DNA of 10,267 nucleotides. Source: Acidobacteriota bacterium (GTDB lineage Bacteria; Acidobacteriota; UBA6911; JACQSX01). Under the pieces are notes generated by a model. The model was not told where the DNA came from and made no database searches. It saw only the letters and a program-made list of their open reading frames with translations. The stretch covers positions 1 through 10,267 of the forward strand of contig DASXQR010000016.1 of the NCBI GenBank assembly GCA_036507075.1, read 5' to 3'. The translations under genes and the position numbers were made by a program. Shown in pieces: positions 7,423 to 10,267 of this stretch. Position 1 is the stretch's first letter, and each line of letters begins with the position of its first letter.

Positions 7423-8676
7423 ATGCTTGAAACCGAAGCCTCTCCGAAATTCTGGCTCGCTCAGGCAACTTCAGAGCAGCGCCGCACTTTGATTGCCGCT
7501 TCGCTGGGATGGATGCTCGACAGCATGGATGTGATGCTGTACTCGATGGTATTGACGCATTTGATGCGCGACCTGCAAATTTCAACTCGAACCGCGGGAC
7601 TGTTGGCGTCGGTCACTCTTATTTCGTCTGCGCTCGGCGGTGTGCTGTTTGGAATTCTTGCCGATCGCATTGGCAGGACGCGCGCCATGATGGGCAGCAT
7701 TCTGATCTATTCAATCTTTACCGGAGCATGCGGGCTGGCCGCCAATCTGTGGCAGCTTGGGCTTTTCCGAATCTTTCTGGGTTTGGGAATCGGCGGGGAA
7801 TGGGCCGCGGGCGCGGCGCTGGTGTCGGAGACTTGGCCATCGAAACACCGCGGAAAGGCGCTGGGAATCATGCAGAGCAGTTGGGCGGTGGGATATGCTG
7901 CCGCAGCCGCGCTCACGGCGCTGATTCTGCCGCGATATGGATGGCGTGCTGTGTTTTGGGCCGGAGTAACTCCGGCGCTGCTTACGTTGTGGATTCGATA
8001 CTCCGTGCCTGAACCGGAAGTTTGGAAGAAGAGTCGAATGATTGCAGCCGGAAGGATAAAAAACAAACTGGCGGACCTCTTTTCTTCAGGATTGAACCGT
8101 TCCATCGCGGTGGCGACCGTGGTCAATTCAGGCACTATGTTTGCGTGGTGGGGCCTCTTTACCTGGATACCCAGCTATCTCGGATTACCGGCGGAGCGGG
8201 GCGGCGCCGGACTTGACATCGTCAAAACCTCCACCTGGATAATCCTGATGCAGGTTGGAATGTGGTTCGGCTATGTCACGTTCGGCTTCATCAGCGACCG
8301 CGTGGGGCGAAGGTTGACTTATGTCGGCTACCTTTTGATCGCGGCGCTGCTGGTTCCCATTTACGGCGCGGTACGGGACCCTGGAATGCTTCTGTGGCTG
8401 GGACCACTTGTCGCATTCTTTGGAACAGGCTATTTCACCGGTTTTGGAATAATCACTGCCGAGCTCTTCCCTACCCGAATCCGGGTAACCGCCCAGGGAC
8501 TGACTTACAATATCGGTAGAGCCTTCAGCGCTTTGGCTCCTTTTGCCGTCGGGTCCCTTGCCACTCGCTACGGCCTGGGGCTTGCATTCAACCTGGTGGC
8601 AGCGGCATTTTTGTTTTCCGCGTGCATGGCACTGTTACTTCCGGAGACGAAAGGACGGGAAATTGTGGCGGATTAG
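7423..8676 (+). CDS. MFS transporter (metabolite/carboxylate:H+ symporter-like)
   Basis: About 12 hydrophobic segments, GWMLDSMD in TM1, motif A GILADRIGR and GFISDRVGRR, RIFLGLGIGGEW, ELFPTRIR. Confidence 0.93.
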   Translation: MLETEASPKFWLAQATSEQRRTLIAASLGWMLDSMDVMLYSMVLTHLMRDLQISTRTAGLLASVTLISSALGGVLFGILADRIGRTRAMMGSILIYSIFTGACGLAANLWQLGLFRIFLGLGIGGEWAAGAALVSETWPSKHRGKALGIMQSSWAVGYAAAAALTALILPRYGWRAVFWAGVTPALLTLWIRYSVPEPEVWKKSRMIAAGRIKNKLADLFSSGLNRSIAVATVVNSGTMFAWWGLFTWIPSYLGLPAERGGAGLDIVKTSTWIILMQVGMWFGYVTFGFISDRVGRRLTYVGYLLIAALLVPIYGAVRDPGMLLWLGPLVAFFGTGYFTGFGIITAELFPTRIRVTAQGLTYNIGRAFSALAPFAVGSLATRYGLGLAFNLVAAAFLFSACMALLLPETKGREIVAD

Positions 8677-9144
8677 TCCGTGGTCCGTCGTCCGTGCAGT
8701 TTGGGCATTTAGTGGCCATGCAAACGGTTGAATTGAAGCGATACATCCTGCGGGCGACCGGTCGGCACGCGAAGCACAGAGCCACGTCCCGCAAGGGCGT
8801 GGTGGGAACCATTAAGGTCTGCGCGTTCCACACGAAATCCGCTGTCTAGCCTGTATGACTTCGGCCGCGCCCGATCAGGCGAAACTGCCAGGCGATAAAA
8901 GACATGATGCGCAGGCCCCGAGCCGACTCACTGGGTCAGCACCACGCCATTGCGGGACGTGGCTCTGTGCTTCGCGTGCTGGCCGGTTGGTCCCGCAAAA
9001 CTTCAGAACCGCTGGAAGCGGGCTAATGCCGGCTGGACGCTACAACCTTTCAGTCCAGGTTTTCACACAGACTCGGTTAGGCCGTCCTTGAACAACGGAC
9101 TACGAACAACGGACAACGGACAACGAACAACTGACAACTGACCA
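8674..9144. repeat. Heptamer arms (8674-8694, 3 units; 9089-9144, about 8 units) enclosing an inner inverted-repeat element
   Basis: TAGTCCG TGGTCCG TCGTCCG on the left (first unit includes the MFS TAG stop); CGGACTA CGAACAA CGGACAA CGGACAA CGAACAA CTGACAA CTGACCA on the right, ending 5 nt before ATG 9150. Confidence 0.85.
8749..8998. repeat. REP-doublet-like inverted repeat (40-bp arms, 135-bp spacer)
   Basis: 8765-8804 and 8940-8979 are reverse complements at 39/40; imperfect extension to 8749/8997. Each arm is itself bracketed by TGCGGG...CCCGCA. Confidence 0.88.
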
Positions 9145-9149
9145 ACGAA

Positions 9150-10064
9150 ATGCTCCGCCGCCTGACTCTCTCGCTTGCTTCCAATGGCAAAATCACCGAC
9201 TTTATCCGGCGCAAGGGGATGTCGACCGGATTTGCCAGACGTTTCGTTGCCGGCGAGACATTGAAGGAAGCCATAGACGTTGTGGCGCATTTGAACCGGA
9301 GAGGCATGACAGCCTCGCTTGACTACCTGGGCGAGAGTGTCACCGATCCCCGGGAAGCTGGAAATGCTGCGGGACACTATCTCGAGATCCTGGATGCGAT
9401 CGAGAAATCGTCCGTTCGGTGCAACATCTCCGTGAAGCTGACGCAATTGGGGCTGGATATTGACCCGGCGATTGCTATTGAGCATATGCGCGCCATCCTG
9501 AGGATGGCGAAGCAACTGGGAAATTTTGTTCGCATCGACATGGAGAGTTCCAGGTACACGGAGCTGACCCTGGGAATCTTTCGACAACTGCATGCAGAGT
9601 TTGGAAACTGCGTGGGGCCGGTCCTGCAGTCTTATCTCTACCGCACTATGAGGGACGTCGAGGCACTGCTGCCAATGAAGCCCAACGTGCGGTTGTGCAA
9701 GGGCGCATACATGGAGCCTCCGGAGATTGCATTTCCGGCCAAAGCGGACGTCGACAGAAACTACATTGCCGTCCTGGAGAAGCTCCTGGTGGAGAGCGGC
9801 TATACCGGGATAGCGACACATGACGAATCGATCATCCGGCATGCCAGGCGTTTCATCGCCGAAAACAACATCAGCCAGGAGCGCTTCGAGTTTCAGATGC
9901 TCTACGGCATCCGGCGTGATTTGCAGGCAAGACTTGTGCGCGAGGGATACAAGCTCAGGGTTTATGTTCCGTACGGGTCGCAGTGGCTCCCCTATTTCAT
10001 GCGAAGACTAGGGGAACGACCCGCGAACTTATGGTTTGTGGTGAAGAACGCGCTGAGGGGGTGA
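9150..10064 (+). CDS. Monofunctional proline dehydrogenase (PutB/ProDH type)
   Basis: RRFVAGE, LDYLGE, ISVKLTQLGL, VRIDMES, VRLCKGAY, IATHD, EFQMLYG, YVPYG..W.PYFMRRLGERPAN; 304 aa, no P5C dehydrogenase domain. Confidence 0.95.
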   Translation: MLRRLTLSLASNGKITDFIRRKGMSTGFARRFVAGETLKEAIDVVAHLNRRGMTASLDYLGESVTDPREAGNAAGHYLEILDAIEKSSVRCNISVKLTQLGLDIDPAIAIEHMRAILRMAKQLGNFVRIDMESSRYTELTLGIFRQLHAEFGNCVGPVLQSYLYRTMRDVEALLPMKPNVRLCKGAYMEPPEIAFPAKADVDRNYIAVLEKLLVESGYTGIATHDESIIRHARRFIAENNISQERFEFQMLYGIRRDLQARLVREGYKLRVYVPYGSQWLPYFMRRLGERPANLWFVVKNALRG

Positions 10065-10267
10065 GTGGAGAGTGGGGGAGTGGGAGAGCGGGAGCTCTGC
10101 GATGTCAGAACCGCGCGCGTAAGTAAGCGGAATCTCCGCGGGGATTTGCCACGAAGGCACGAAGAATCGCTATTCATTTTGAAGTGACACTTCTCATAAC
10201 TCGATCCGGGTTGTCGGAGAAGTGGCACTTCTAATTTAATCGTTGTCCTTCGTGTCTTCGTGCCTTC
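10059..10267 (-). repeat. Nested palindromic element, copy 2, inverted relative to copy 1 and cut by the window end
   Basis: Reverse complement of 10069-10267 matches 2142-2340 ungapped with 6 mismatches in 199 nt (at 2172, 2213, 2277, 2285, 2314, 2332). Confidence 0.95.

Noticed and set aside
8588..9141. Short ORFs in the MFS-ProDH gap (8588-8833, 8622-8849, 8855-9091, 8950-9141)
   Set aside because: Their sequence derives from the inverted repeats (e.g. LRDVALCFAC occurs on both strands); no SD or family evidence.
9063..9842. 259-aa antisense ORF (and other long shadow ORFs such as 1513-2178, 2222-2806, 4275-4766, 5426-5953)
   Set aside because: They overlap well-supported genes on the opposite strand or run through repeats, with no recognisable motifs; typical GC-rich shadow ORFs.

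Overview
Bacterial genomic window; the TonB protein style suggests Acidobacteriota (inference only). Coding content: on the minus strand a ThiO-like glycine oxidase overlapping a 177-aa orphan ORF; a plus-strand TonB-family protein converging on a minus-strand rmuC; then a co-directional plus-strand run pxpB - pxpA - pxpC (5-oxoprolinase) - MFS transporter - monofunctional proline dehydrogenase. The window starts in what looks like an insertion-sequence end (IS481-like, 1-169). The most striking signal is non-coding: every intergenic gap longer than about 100 bp holds a head-to-head palindromic element built from a few reusable modules (7-mer tandem arms, 8-mer GGGAGAGT arms, a 32-bp REP-like unit, CACGAAG-type arms, GAAGTG-N-CACTTC cores, a 40-bp REP-like unit). 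Some are nested like Russian dolls. A four-layer ~385-bp element (2035-2420) recurs inverted at ~97% identity at the window end (10059-10267, truncated), where it also supplies the stop codon of the proline dehydrogenase gene. No transposase, RNA gene or CRISPR array is visible.
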